A DNA stretch of 63,262 bases, filler included, from Bigelowiella natans CCMP2755 (Eukaryota; Protista; Cercozoa), in assembly GCA_000320545.1 (NCBI GenBank). It is 6 parts of 6 records of this genome, joined end to end, with 100 filler letters (N's around TTAATTAATTAA, not from the genome) between each part and the next. Parts side by side here need not be neighbours in the genome. Positions count along the whole stretch, not along the records: positions 28,022 to 43,724 come from ADNK01000122.1; positions 43,825 to 57,492 come from ADNK01003227.1; 4 more parts are not named here. One strand, given 5' to 3'. The position numbers and the translations under genes are program-made. Within the stretch, counting starts at the first letter, position 1; the number at the start of each line of letters is the position of its first letter. Shown here piece by piece: positions 36,833 to 48,371 of this stretch. Under the pieces are notes generated by a model. It had not been told where the DNA came from, did no database searches, and saw only the letters and a program-made list of their open reading frames with translations.

Positions 36833-39800
36833 GAGAGAACCTGTTAGAGACTTTGCCACGCGCTTCCAGGATATGATCGACGAACTACATGATTTTAATT
36901 ACAACACAGGTGATGATCAGGCAAGGTTTGAAGAGTTCAAGTTAAAGATAAAGGAATCCACTTACGTTACGGAGAAAGGCTACACCACGATGGAGGCAGC
37001 AGTGCAGGCTATATCCCTACGCGAGCAGGAGCAGGACCGCAAGTTTACCAGCCCTAAGGTACCTGGCATAGGAAACATTAACGCTATTAAGCCGCAGCGA
37101 GACTGGTACAAGGACAGGGAAGGTAACCGACGTTGCGGATACTGCTCACGTAAAGGGAAACACACCGCTAAAGACTGCAGAGACAGGAAAGAAGGACGAC
37201 CCAGGATGACGATCAGGCAGCTCAACGAACACTACGAGAAGTTAAAGAGAAAGAAAGGCAGAGGACAAGGATATAACAACAGCAAATGGCAAGGCAGCAA
37301 CAACGGGAAGAACAATAAATATAAGAACAAAAAGCAGAACAGTATCAATGCTATACAGCAGCAGATAAACGGAATATTAGATCACCTTAAGCAGGCGCCG
37401 ACGAAGACAGCAGTACCAGCAACGCAGGACCAAGACAAGCCCATGACCCTAGACGACATAAAGAACTTAGGAGTATGCAACATTAATGACGAAGACGCTA
37501 ACAGGACTATCAAAGTTGCTATGACCAAGGTTAAAGTTAAAGACAGCTACGGAGACTACAAGAAACTACCTGCCCTTTGGGATAGTGGCAGCATGCCGAA
37601 GTCCTTCATAAGCCTAAGCACAGTAAGAAGGTTAGGACTATTGGATCAAGTGACTAAGAAAGAACGTAAATATGCTCAAGCAGACGGAAGCTCTTCCATG
37701 AAGACCGTCGGTGAGCTAATGCTAAAGCTACAGATACCTGGCAGCGACGCGGAGACCCAAATCAAGACCCGAGTAGCCATGACTTTATCCATGGAACTAC
37801 TCCTCGGACAGGATGCCCTAGAAAAATTAGGGGGGATCATATCATTCTACAATCACAAGATATACTTTGCTAAGTTGCCAAAGAAGTCAGGCAGGACCAT
37901 CAGCCAGAACATGATACGGCTTGACGAGTGGACCTCTGAGTCAAGCGTTAATGCGTTAGAGTTTATGGACCTAGCGGACAACAAGCTACCTACACCTACC
38001 GAGCTACGGAAGAAGAACCCCGGCAAGACCATCCGACAGATAACGGAGCTACTGGACAAGACCCCCCCAGCTGATGATTGGGATATCGACAAAGGCAAAA
38101 AGTACATTAATAAAATATTAAACGAGAAGTACTCTGACATCACCAAGCCGACGACGAAGCCCTCCAGCAAGCTTACCCCAGTAAAGATCGAGCTAAAGAA
38201 GGGATACGAAGAGTGCATCATCAATGACCCAGAACATAGGCGACCGGAAGCGGACTGGGAAAAGATAGAGTGGCAGATCAATGAATGGGCAAAGGAAGGG
38301 AAGATAGAGCCAAGCAACTCACCATGGAACGTGAGACATGTGCTAGCTAAGAAACCTACTTACCCTTTCTTCCGCCTGGCGCACAACTTCATCCGCCACA
38401 ACCGAGTAATAAAGAGGATCCAGACACCTACACCAAGGATAGATGACGTTATTGAACACGTCATAGGATACAAATACTACTCTTCCCTAGATAAAAATGA
38501 ATCATACATGCAGACACCCATCCACAAAACCTCCCGCCCCATTACCGCGTTCTCCAGCAGGCACAGGAAGTGGCACTTCGTCGTATTCCCTTACGGCCTA
38601 AGCATATCAGGGGATGCGTTCAGTAGTCAGAACTACAGGGCATACACACATGATGGGATGGCGTCTGTGTTGTGGGTGTTTGTGTTTGTGTATGTGGATG
38701 ATGACATAATATGTACCAACACAGTCGTCGCTCAGATCTTCCTCCTGGAAAATATATTTATTAGGTTTGCACACTTCGGTTTTACTATTAGACTGCAGAA
38801 GTGTACATTCCTAGCTACAAGAATCAAGTGGTGTGGATATTACCTGGAGCAAGGCCGCATCACCCCAAACCCCGAGAAAGTAGCAGCACTACAGCAAGCC
38901 CCTAAACCTAAGAATGCAAAGGAGTTAAAGTCATTCTTGCAGACTGCAGCTTGGATACTACGTAGGTTCTCCCCTACCTACGCTAGGACTGCAGCTGCTT
39001 TTACTACTGCTTACCGGAAGGAGAACTCTGTAGGCCTCAGCTTCGCTAAGGTGTGGGCCAAGGCTGGCCTTGATGCCCACTTCGATAACCTAATAAAGTT
39101 ATGCAGCAACACCCTATTGAATGCTAAGCTAGACACTACTAGACCAGCTACCCTATGGACAGACTGGTCTAAGCTAGGTATGGCTGCTGTACTTACCCAA
39201 GACCAGCAGATCATACGGGTGTGGGGCAGGGCCTGCACAGCAGCTGAGGCCAAGTACAGCCCTACAAAAGGAGAGTATAAAGCCATGACTGAGGCGCAGA
39301 GGAAACTAAGATACTACCTGCTGTCGGTGCCCAGCTTCACCTTAATGACTGACCACAAGCCCCTCCTAGGCATCGACCGCAAGCTCGAAGCGCCTAACGA
39401 TGAGTATGCAGCTATGAGGGCGGACACGGAAGAGTTTAGGGACAAGAGGACAGTGGTCTACGCACCAGGAGACAAGCAGCTTGCTGACTATTTCAGCAGG
39501 CTGTTCGAAAAGAAAGTCCCTACCCAGGTCACCCCTATGGTTAACGCGATTACCTTCGAGGACGGCGACTTCCTGCCTGAGCCAGAGGAGCTCCAGCACC
39601 TTCAAGAACACCTGGATAAATACAAACACAAGCATGAGGTACTTAGTGATAGGATATATGTATACACTAATAATGTTAGGCGTACCTACGTGCCACGGCG
39701 GACCAGGGGAGCCCTTCTCTTTACCGCCCATGGACCTGCACACGTAGGAGAAAACCATATCACTGCTCTACTCTACCATTACTACTGGCCCTACAAGCTA

Positions 39801-41000
39801 AAAGAGATAAGGACATACCTGCGTGGCTGCAGGTGCTCCAGCTTGAAGGCGGCAGGCGTCGCCACCAAGGAGTCCAGCAAGAGCCGTGCATCTAAGAAAA
39901 TCAAAGCAAGGAACTTCTTAGATATCGTGCAAATTGATGTTTATAAGTACGATGGCTATCACTACCTTACCTTCGTTGATGTGGCCACTGGAAAGTGCTG
40001 GGTTAAAAAGATTATCAAGGTCAACGTTGCTAAGAAGAACAAAGGCTTATATAAGCAGAGGCTTACTAACTGCTACCGTACCTGGGAGTCTGAGCTCCAG
40101 GCTATCCCTGATGAAGTTAGCATAAACAAGATACCAAAGAAGTTACATGTGGATAATGAGACCTCTCTTCTACAGCTACCACACCCTAATATTGATGCCT
40201 CACCTGTATACTATGCCCAGTCCAACTCCAAGGTAGAGCGACTCCACCGCACCTTGGCCAACCTAAGCAGGATAAATAGCACCACACCAGACAAGATACA
40301 AGGGTTAGTAAACGACACCTTCACGTCTGGGGGAGGTATCAAGGATAAGGAGAGGGAAGAAGGCGACGACAACGACGACGATACCGAGAGCGAAGACGAG
40401 AAGGTCCCGTACGATGGCCGAGTTCTAAAGGAAGGACAGTATGTTAGGGCCAAGGTAAATCTGAGATCGAGAAATAAACAAGACCCCTTCTGGGGTGGCG
40501 TTGCAAAGGTTACCGAGAGGAAGGGGAGGAAGCAGTACTACATCTATGATGGGAACAGGGTCACCTTGCGCCACATCAGTCACCTAAAGAATTATGATAT
40601 CGGTGAGAAGCTCCTAGAGGATGTTAAAGTAAACCCTACTGTGTGGGAGCGAGCAATGCCTTGTTTAGGACCCCGACCTAAGTTCGATGTGGAATATGGA
40701 AACAATAAGGTCAGGGTGAACGACGATTGGCGCATGAAGATTGTCTATCTAGGCTACCCTGGATTACGAAATATGGAGAGGGTAGCTATGAAAATAAAGG
40801 ACGGAAAATATCAGCTACTCTACCTAGCTGTTCCCGACTTACCCTTTGAGCACTGGTATAAGGTCCTGGGGGACCTTGATGCAGAGGGCTGGTATGGACA
40901 CGAACCTAAGGACGAAGGTGAGTTCTGGGTAAGCGACAAAGGAGATAAGGTTAGAGAGGAATCTATTACCTGGTGGTTGGTGAAGTTCCGAAAGCGATGA
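36813..41000 (+). CDS. pol: Gag C-terminus plus Pol (PR, RT, RNase H, IN, SH3-like module, C-terminal Dam-like domain)
   Basis: Zinc knuckle CGYCSRKGKHTAKDC. Protease LWDSGS. RT SPWN, FPYGL and YVDD. RNase H TDWS..TDHKPL..ADYFSR. Integrase H-H-CxC, IDV, VDNE and SNSKVER. Confidence 0.95.
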   Translation: MREHLHEREPVRDFATRFQDMIDELHDFNYNTGDDQARFEEFKLKIKESTYVTEKGYTTMEAAVQAISLREQEQDRKFTSPKVPGIGNINAIKPQRDWYKDREGNRRCGYCSRKGKHTAKDCRDRKEGRPRMTIRQLNEHYEKLKRKKGRGQGYNNSKWQGSNNGKNNKYKNKKQNSINAIQQQINGILDHLKQAPTKTAVPATQDQDKPMTLDDIKNLGVCNINDEDANRTIKVAMTKVKVKDSYGDYKKLPALWDSGSMPKSFISLSTVRRLGLLDQVTKKERKYAQADGSSSMKTVGELMLKLQIPGSDAETQIKTRVAMTLSMELLLGQDALEKLGGIISFYNHKIYFAKLPKKSGRTISQNMIRLDEWTSESSVNALEFMDLADNKLPTPTELRKKNPGKTIRQITELLDKTPPADDWDIDKGKKYINKILNEKYSDITKPTTKPSSKLTPVKIELKKGYEECIINDPEHRRPEADWEKIEWQINEWAKEGKIEPSNSPWNVRHVLAKKPTYPFFRLAHNFIRHNRVIKRIQTPTPRIDDVIEHVIGYKYYSSLDKNESYMQTPIHKTSRPITAFSSRHRKWHFVVFPYGLSISGDAFSSQNYRAYTHDGMASVLWVFVFVYVDDDIICTNTVVAQIFLLENIFIRFAHFGFTIRLQKCTFLATRIKWCGYYLEQGRITPNPEKVAALQQAPKPKNAKELKSFLQTAAWILRRFSPTYARTAAAFTTAYRKENSVGLSFAKVWAKAGLDAHFDNLIKLCSNTLLNAKLDTTRPATLWTDWSKLGMAAVLTQDQQIIRVWGRACTAAEAKYSPTKGEYKAMTEAQRKLRYYLLSVPSFTLMTDHKPLLGIDRKLEAPNDEYAAMRADTEEFRDKRTVVYAPGDKQLADYFSRLFEKKVPTQVTPMVNAITFEDGDFLPEPEELQHLQEHLDKYKHKHEVLSDRIYVYTNNVRRTYVPRRTRGALLFTAHGPAHVGENHITALLYHYYWPYKLKEIRTYLRGCRCSSLKAAGVATKESSKSRASKKIKARNFLDIVQIDVYKYDGYHYLTFVDVATGKCWVKKIIKVNVAKKNKGLYKQRLTNCYRTWESELQAIPDEVSINKIPKKLHVDNETSLLQLPHPNIDASPVYYAQSNSKVERLHRTLANLSRINSTTPDKIQGLVNDTFTSGGGIKDKEREEGDDNDDDTESEDEKVPYDGRVLKEGQYVRAKVNLRSRNKQDPFWGGVAKVTERKGRKQYYIYDGNRVTLRHISHLKNYDIGEKLLEDVKVNPTVWERAMPCLGPRPKFDVEYGNNKVRVNDDWRMKIVYLGYPGLRNMERVAMKIKDGKYQLLYLAVPDLPFEHWYKVLGDLDAEGWYGHEPKDEGEFWVSDKGDKVREESITWWLVKFRKR

Positions 41001-41008
41001 AGGTCTAA

Positions 41009-41051
41009 GGGAATAAGGAAGGAAGGAAGGAGCAACGTGACTTGGGGGAGG
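41009..41051 (+). promoter_or_regulatory. Polypurine tract region before the 3' LTR
   Basis: GGGAATAAGGAAGGAAGGAAGGAG...TTGGGGGAGG abuts the TG of the 3' LTR. Confidence 0.85.
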
Positions 41052-41377
41052 TGTAGCGCGTACCACTACGCGGGCACAAGTCACGTGCGACAACAAAGGG
41101 GTTGTCGCGGATATAGAATATAGATAACGTAGATATTAATACAGCATAGGCACGTGGGTTCCGGCGGGACTCATGGCAGCACACCGGAAGTGTGCTGCCC
41201 CACGTGCGGCGGCATTCGCGAAAGCTTCGCGAATGATTACGCAGTGCACGATTTAATAAAAATATAATCTTTAATAAAAATAAACACAACTCTTCAAAAG
41301 GAAGCAAACGTGCCTTTCCCCCCCCCTGCCTACTTGTGCACGTAGCGCCTCGGCCTGTGAACACCTTACGCGCAACA
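41052..41377 (+). repeat. 3' LTR
   Basis: Identical by eye to 35646-35971. Confidence 0.97.
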
Positions 41378-41668
41378 GTGTTCCAAAACCAACACATGCC
41401 TTTTGCCATTGCACACGTGCGTGTCTCTGCACGTTTCTGCTGGCCCATTTTGGTGCCATTGCGCAATGTCCGATGCTTCGACCTAAATAGTTACGGGGAG
41501 AGAGAAAAGAATGCTTTTCAGATCGAAAACGCCTTCTTTTTCGTTTTCTTCTTCTTAGTTTCTTCAAATCCAGTGGTTTTGAGTCATTGCGACAAGTGTT
41601 CCTTCTCAAGCCGCTTTAAGCCGCATCGTAACCGCAGTAATTTGCGACAATCCACATCTCAAATCATC

Positions 41669-43309
41669 ATGGGAGTGACCACCCGCAAACGACGTCAGCA
41701 ACAGGATGCTGCACAGCATTCCAAGGGCCAGGATAGCTCCAAATCAATGTCAAAACGTCCAAGGAGGGGAGGGCGAAGAATAGACGAAAAAAAGAGTCGG
41801 GCGAAGCCAGATCAGATGGAAGAGGAAACCGAGAAGATTGACCTTTCCCATTCACTCCGAGGAATGCGCTTCTTCTTTCACGGATATTGTCCAGGAATGG
41901 AAGAAATGCAGGTATTGTGCACAAGTAGGTATCATATGCAACACGTTGAAAAGGGTATAAGGCTTTAAAAATAGTCAAACGCTTTTTGCTAGGCTGGTGT
42001 GGAGGCTCGCGGCGGGCATGTTTTGCATAATGAGCTCCGGAAGAATTGTTTCCGGAACAGTTCGCGTAGTGGAATCACCTATGCATTGGTCCTCTTCGAT
42101 GAACCTAACTCCGAAATTTCACGAGAACTCGAGATCATGAAGAGTCACGGTGTCCAAGTTTGGAACGAGGATAAGTTTTATGATGCGAGCTTAGGTTGAT
42201 TCTGTCATACACTGTCAATTGAACGGCAAAGAATGAACGATTTATTTCTTGTTTTTCTCAGGAAAAGGGCTCATGCAGGATTCTAATAACGATGAAAAAT
42301 CCCCTCCTCTAGACACAAAGCCGATAATCTCCTCCTCCTCCTCCTCCAAGAAGGGACGAAAACCAAGGTGGCTGCAGCTTGAAGTTAAAATTCTGGAAAC
42401 ACAAGATATCGTTTCGGAGGAGGTGCTGGAGGAGGTGCTGGTTAAGAAGTCAAATTAATGAACATAATTCAATTATCCTTCGTACAATTTTTGTCGTTAA
42501 TATCTAGATCTCTTCACCTTCTTATAAAATCATCATTATCACCATCACTACCATCATCTTCATCATCATCACCATCGTCATCATCAAAGCCACTATTGTA
42601 TCCATCTACCAACATCTACCCATCCATCCATTCATCATCGATGCTTATTGAGATCATCATCGTCCCAACCCACCTCGTCCTTCGTTTCGTTTCCTCTCCC
42701 CTTTATTTCATGCAGGTTGGTGACTTCCTAGTAGGTCAAAGAAGGAACACTAGCGCTCTCTCCACGGAAGAGTACAGGTCGCAGATGTTAAATCCTTATT
42801 GGCTGGGAATCCTCAAGGTGGAGAGCGTGCCGCTGCAAGATGAGATTAGGTATGGGTTGTCGGCAGCTTCAAATGAGTGGTTCAAGGGGCTCACTGACCT
42901 CATTTTCGCATTCCTGGGAAATACCGAGGACTGGGCCGACAAGGTAGAGAAGAAGAACAACAACAACAGTACAAAGATATCTTCGAATCGTGTACGGTTT
43001 TCTTTGTTGTACATCACATTTCATTCATTACAATCCCTCCTCCTTCTCTCCTACTCCTCCAAATGATCCAGGTTCGTAACACGTTGATGGTTGACATTGA
43101 TAAGCTTGAAAGATCCCTATTTGAAGATGGCGATCTTCAAAATGCTGCTGGTGGTGCTGCTGCTGGTGATGGAGCTGGAAACAAACATGATAATAATGAT
43201 GATCATGAGAAAAAGGGCATGAAAATGGAGGATGAGGAGGGGAAGCGTGTGTTAAAATCTCCGTGGCATCCAAAGTGCGTATCGAATATACAAAAATACG
43301 TATACATGA

Positions 43310-43354
<45 letters not shown>

Positions 43355-43482
43355 CGAGTAGTAGTATTAGTAGTAGTAGTAGTAGTGGTGGTAGTAGTGG
43401 TAGTAGTGGTAGTAGTAGGTAGCAAAAACATAGAAGTCTTATTAGATTTCTCTGCTAACATGCCACTACTCAATAATACTAA

Positions 43483-43518
<36 letters not shown>

Positions 43519-43724
43519 TATGATCGATCAGGAGACTATCACGGCCTCGTAGGATACATCTAATGAGGTTGGTTCATAGAAATCCCAACGTGCCCCGTTT
43601 CCCTACTACCATGGCAGAGATGAGGAAATATAAAAGGCCAGTGCCTCCTCGCTTTGGACTTAGCCTTTCGCAGCCTAACTACAGCTTTAGGATAGGAGGA
43701 GGAGGAGGAGGAGGGGGAGGGGAC
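41669..43724 (+). CDS. Multi-exon protein with N-terminal basic NLS-like region and BRCT-like domain, truncated by gap
   Basis: LRGMRFFFHGYCPGMEEMQ|..VEARGGHV..ITYALV..GVQVWNEDKFYD follows the BRCT pattern. Confidence 0.6.
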
Positions 43725-43824
43725 NNNNNNNNNNNNNNNNNNNNNNNNNNNNNNNNNNNNNNNNNNNNTTAATTAATTAANNNNNNNNNNNNNNNNNNNN
43801 NNNNNNNNNNNNNNNNNNNNNNNN

Positions 43825-45247
43825 TACTCCTTAACGTTACACACACGCAACGCATAGTGAAGAATATACATGTAGGAGATGCTGTGGGGATGTTATCACG
43901 AAATATGTTGTGTACCTTGAAAGGGTGTCAATGTACTATGCATATACGCTGTCCCTGCTATCCATCCATGAAAGCTATAGTTTTGTGATTATAAGCAATT
44001 TACCCCCCCTTGTCCACTCCGATATGGTAAGAACATCGTGCGGGGGGGGGGGGGGGCGGAATATGCGATGATTCACCTCGAAATAGCTTGCTCGTGATTC
44101 CTTCAGCGCGGCATTTAATATGTATGGCGGTGTATATCATCAGAGGGAGAGAAAGGGAGGGAGAAAGGGTGTAAATTCGGATAGGAAAGCTACCAACAGT
44201 AGCAGCTCTCCTAACAAGAAATCAGAGGACTATAAGGTACTACAGTAGCAGCGTGGGGAAGAACAAGATGTTGTTGGGGCTGAAGGGCAAAATGATGATG
44301 ATGATGATGATGATATTTTTGAGGAGGGAGGGCGTCTGCCAATCATGCTTGCAGTGTTGTAGTGCATGTGATGAGCCGTGTGTGTGTGTATGTGTGTGTG
44401 TGTGTGTGTGCGTGATCAGTACGAGAACAAACAGCCCGCAGCTCAACTGCTTAAGCACCAACCCTCGAAGCTATCTTTGGTAGACCGAATATCACTTGCG
44501 GTGGCGGTGTCGCTGGCGCTGTTTGCATTTATTTCTCGAAAGGGCATTCTGCATAACGCGTTTTTCTACTACACGACGAAACAGCTAGCCGTCAAAGAGG
44601 CCGCAACTGACTGACGTGCGATGTTCTTCAGGTGTCATTGCACCGTCTGATTTTCTTGCTACTGACTGCAGAAGAGAGCTCTTTAGAATCTTTCAGAGAG
44701 GTAATAGTAGTAGTAATAGTAGTAGTAGTAGTAGTAATAGTAGCATGATAGCCATTACTCCTCGAATGAGGAGGATGGAGGAAAGGGAGATAATGATGAC
44801 GATGGTGATGCAGGATGTGCTCAAAGATACCATATGCCCATTATTTGATTGTTTGCTTTTGAGTTTTGACCAAGAGTTCTCGTCCTTCCCTAGATTGATA
44901 CTTGTGATGATGATGATGATGATGATGTCTGTTGTTCTTGTCTTGAGCATACTAGCAAATCATCAGTCGCCACTAGATTTGTAACTTATTCTTTTTTCAT
45001 CACTGCATCTTCGTTCCCACACCCCCTGCGTCATCCAACTGACTGCTGCTGCTGCTGCTACTTCTTCTGTACTCTATACCTCTTGTTGCAATGATTTACA
45101 CCACCACAGGCCTTTTTCTTCATACTTCCATATGTGACCAAGGTAGGTCGGTCTTATCTTACTCCCGTCGTAATATTTCTCACATCTATCACATACAGCA
45201 TAGTAGTTGTAGTAGTAGTAGTAGTAGTAGTAGTAGCGAGTTGTAGT

Positions 45248-45283
<36 letters not shown>

Positions 45284-46284
45284 GTCATAATTAGACTCCC
45301 CGTTTAATGCGGGTATTCTTGGAGATCATCAAGTTACCCCCCCCCGCTGGAACAACACCCACAAAGAGGTGATAGATAGAGTAAGGGGCTGGAATTTGTG
45401 GCTACTTTGAATATCAATAGTAATCGATGATGATGATAAACGCATATATTTACTGTGAAAGTATACCAACAAACACGTAGCACACACAAACACAGGAAAC
45501 TTGTCCATTGTGGCTGAATCTGAAGCTACAAACAGTCAAATCGATTGAGTATTGGATCAAGGTACTTTACCGCACTATTCTCTTCCTCTCACTCCGACCT
45601 CTTTCCAATGCGTGTGCGTGTGTGTTTACGATATTCATATCACTAGCAATCATCACGAGAAACGTACGTGCTGCCTTCTGGTTGATAAGAATACATCATT
45701 TCCCCGTGCTTGTTTATGATTAAAAAGAACCATCCAGAGGATGCAAATGTGAAACTAAAGCTTCAGTTCAGTAAAGCTCTCGGCGAGAACTTCCCCCCAG
45801 CACAATGGTACTTATAGTACATGCTACTGACTTGTGTATAGTAAAGTAGAAGCATTTCTCTTACATCCTCCTTACAATATTTACTTCTTCCCTAATTTTC
45901 CTCTTCCTCCGCTCCGCCATTATCATCATCATCATCATCGTCATAATCTCTTTCCTTACTGTCCTACCCAGGAGTGAGAAGGGTTACGACATGGCGAAAT
46001 TAGTTGCTGGCATAACGAAGATCAAGGGGTGTGAACGAACACGCATATGTACTCATTGTTGTAATTCTCACATATATGAGGAGGAGGAGGAGTACCATCT
46101 CGTCATAGTTATTCTTAACATGATGTGTCGTTTCGTTGTGTTGTTGCAAGAATGTTGAAGGAGAGGATAAATACCGCGCAAAAGCAGGCTAAGATCGCAT
46201 ACGTGGAGAGCCCCTATCGCTTCAGGGTAACATCAAATTAAGAGTTGTTTATTGTATGTTTGAGGATGCGTTTGTTTGAATATC

Positions 46285-46363
<79 letters not shown>

Positions 46364-46675
46364 TCGTGCTTCAACCTGAACATAGGGACGAGCAAAAAAC
46401 TACAAAGGAAACATATCACAAGAAGTAACACCTGGTAAATTCAGTCTCAGGAGGACAAGAAGTCTCCTATCTTCTTCAATATGCTGTCATTCGTCCATCA
46501 CCTGAGTTATATCGTCGTCACCGTTCTCGTCGTTTCTGTTCTCTACAATTTCTGTTGTTACGTAGAAATCTTGGCACAACAACTGACGCTGAATTCGTTC
46601 TCTCGCATGGCTAGAATATCACCACGGTTGGTTGTTGCACTCTCTTAGCTATTGCGTATGCGTGCGTGCGTGAGT

Positions 46676-46722
<47 letters not shown>

Positions 46723-47741
46723 ATCACAGAGAGGATGCATTCAATACATATTGAGAACTAACAACCAGAATGAGTATTCATCTTTGTGTGTTGTTGTTGT
46801 TGTTGTTGTTGTTGTTGTGTGATGGCAGGGAAATCATCTTCCGTGATAAAGAAGGGTAACTATGTTACCATAAAAACTCCGCAATACGTGTTCCTTATAC
46901 ATGCCCCCCCTAGTAGTAGTAGTAGTAGTTGTTGTTGTTGTTGCGGTGCTGTCACTGATGTTGCATGGGCAATGATGGTGCTAGGTATCTGAGCGAGCAG
47001 GATGACCAAAACAAGATATCCCAGCACTTTTCCACATGGGTTCCCTCCGTCGTTCTAGGCAGTGCTGGAGTATGCATACTCTTTCTTTTCCTGTTTATCC
47101 GTAGTATTCTTCAAGATATAATTGGATCCCAAGAGATAATCAACACTCACACTGTTTTACAGAGTGTCGTTCAGAGTGAAGAGGCCGTTGATAAGGAGGC
47201 AGCACTCTCGGTAACACTACCCACAAAAACACGCAAACGAGACATTGAGAAACGAAGGCAGTCTGAACCCATTTTTGTGCTCTGTAGTACTTGAGTGAAA
47301 GCATGCATACTCATCCATGTCAACTAATCACAGAAAATGGCAGCAGCATATTCCTATTTCGTGCGGGTTGCTCATCAGTAAGAACACACTTCCACTAGAT
47401 GAACAATAATAAAAAAGGGGGGGGAGGGGATTTGGAAAGAGCAAACTATTGAAAAATGACGTAGAAGAATCAAAGTCGTTTTCTTCGAGTTATTTATTAT
47501 GTTAACTCCGTGCTGCCATTAAGTAGTATTGATTTTGTGTTTCGTCGTCGTATACAGTTGCTTAAAGCTCAAAAGCTATAACTGCGTATTCGAGATCATG
47601 ACGGTGCGTGAGTGCTTGTGGCAGAGTCGTCGTTATTGTTTTATTGATAATGATGATGGCGATGACAAACAGGGACTTGGAAGCTTGCATCTGAAGAGAT
47701 TGAAAATAAGGGATCGACTACCTGAAAAGGTACTAGTGGTG

Positions 47742-47787
<46 letters not shown>

Positions 47788-48047
47788 TCTCTTACGCCTA
47801 CCGAAACCCCCCCCCCCCCCCCCTAACACACACACACACACACAACTTGTGATACGAGGCGGTCCTTGCATTGTCCACAACAACATTCTATACTCAGACT
47901 CTTGTTACTGCTACACATTGTTCTCATAATATCAGGATCAAAAAATTGTTGATGAGATCGATAAGGTGCTTCTCATCCCCCTTGCCCCCTCCCTTACCCC
48001 ACTACCGACTGCTGATTTTAGAATGAAGAGGAGGATAGCGATAAAAA

Positions 48048-48081
<34 letters not shown>

Positions 48082-48329
48082 TAGTATAATCATGCAGAAA
48101 ATGCAATGGCGAGTAAACTGTTCTATACAAAGAGAGAAGGACGTCAAATTGTCTCCCTGTATGCCACCGTTCTGTAACAACACACCGCCACTCCCAACAG
48201 GCAACCAATACAGCGAAGAACTACGAGGCTTACCGGAAACTAATAGAGTACGAACTTACTACTACTACTACTACCACATTTCTAGTAGCGCTGTTAACAC
48301 TCAATAATGCTATACAGAAAGTACTATGG

Positions 48330-48371
<42 letters not shown>

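Larger units (their letters stand above)
35646..41377 (+). mobile_element. Full-length Ty3/Gypsy LTR retrotransposon, recent insertion
   Basis: Two apparently identical 326-bp TG...CA LTRs. 4-bp TSD GTGT at 35642-35645 and 41378-41381. PBS and PPT present. Domain order Gag-PR-RT-RH-IN. Confidence 0.97.
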
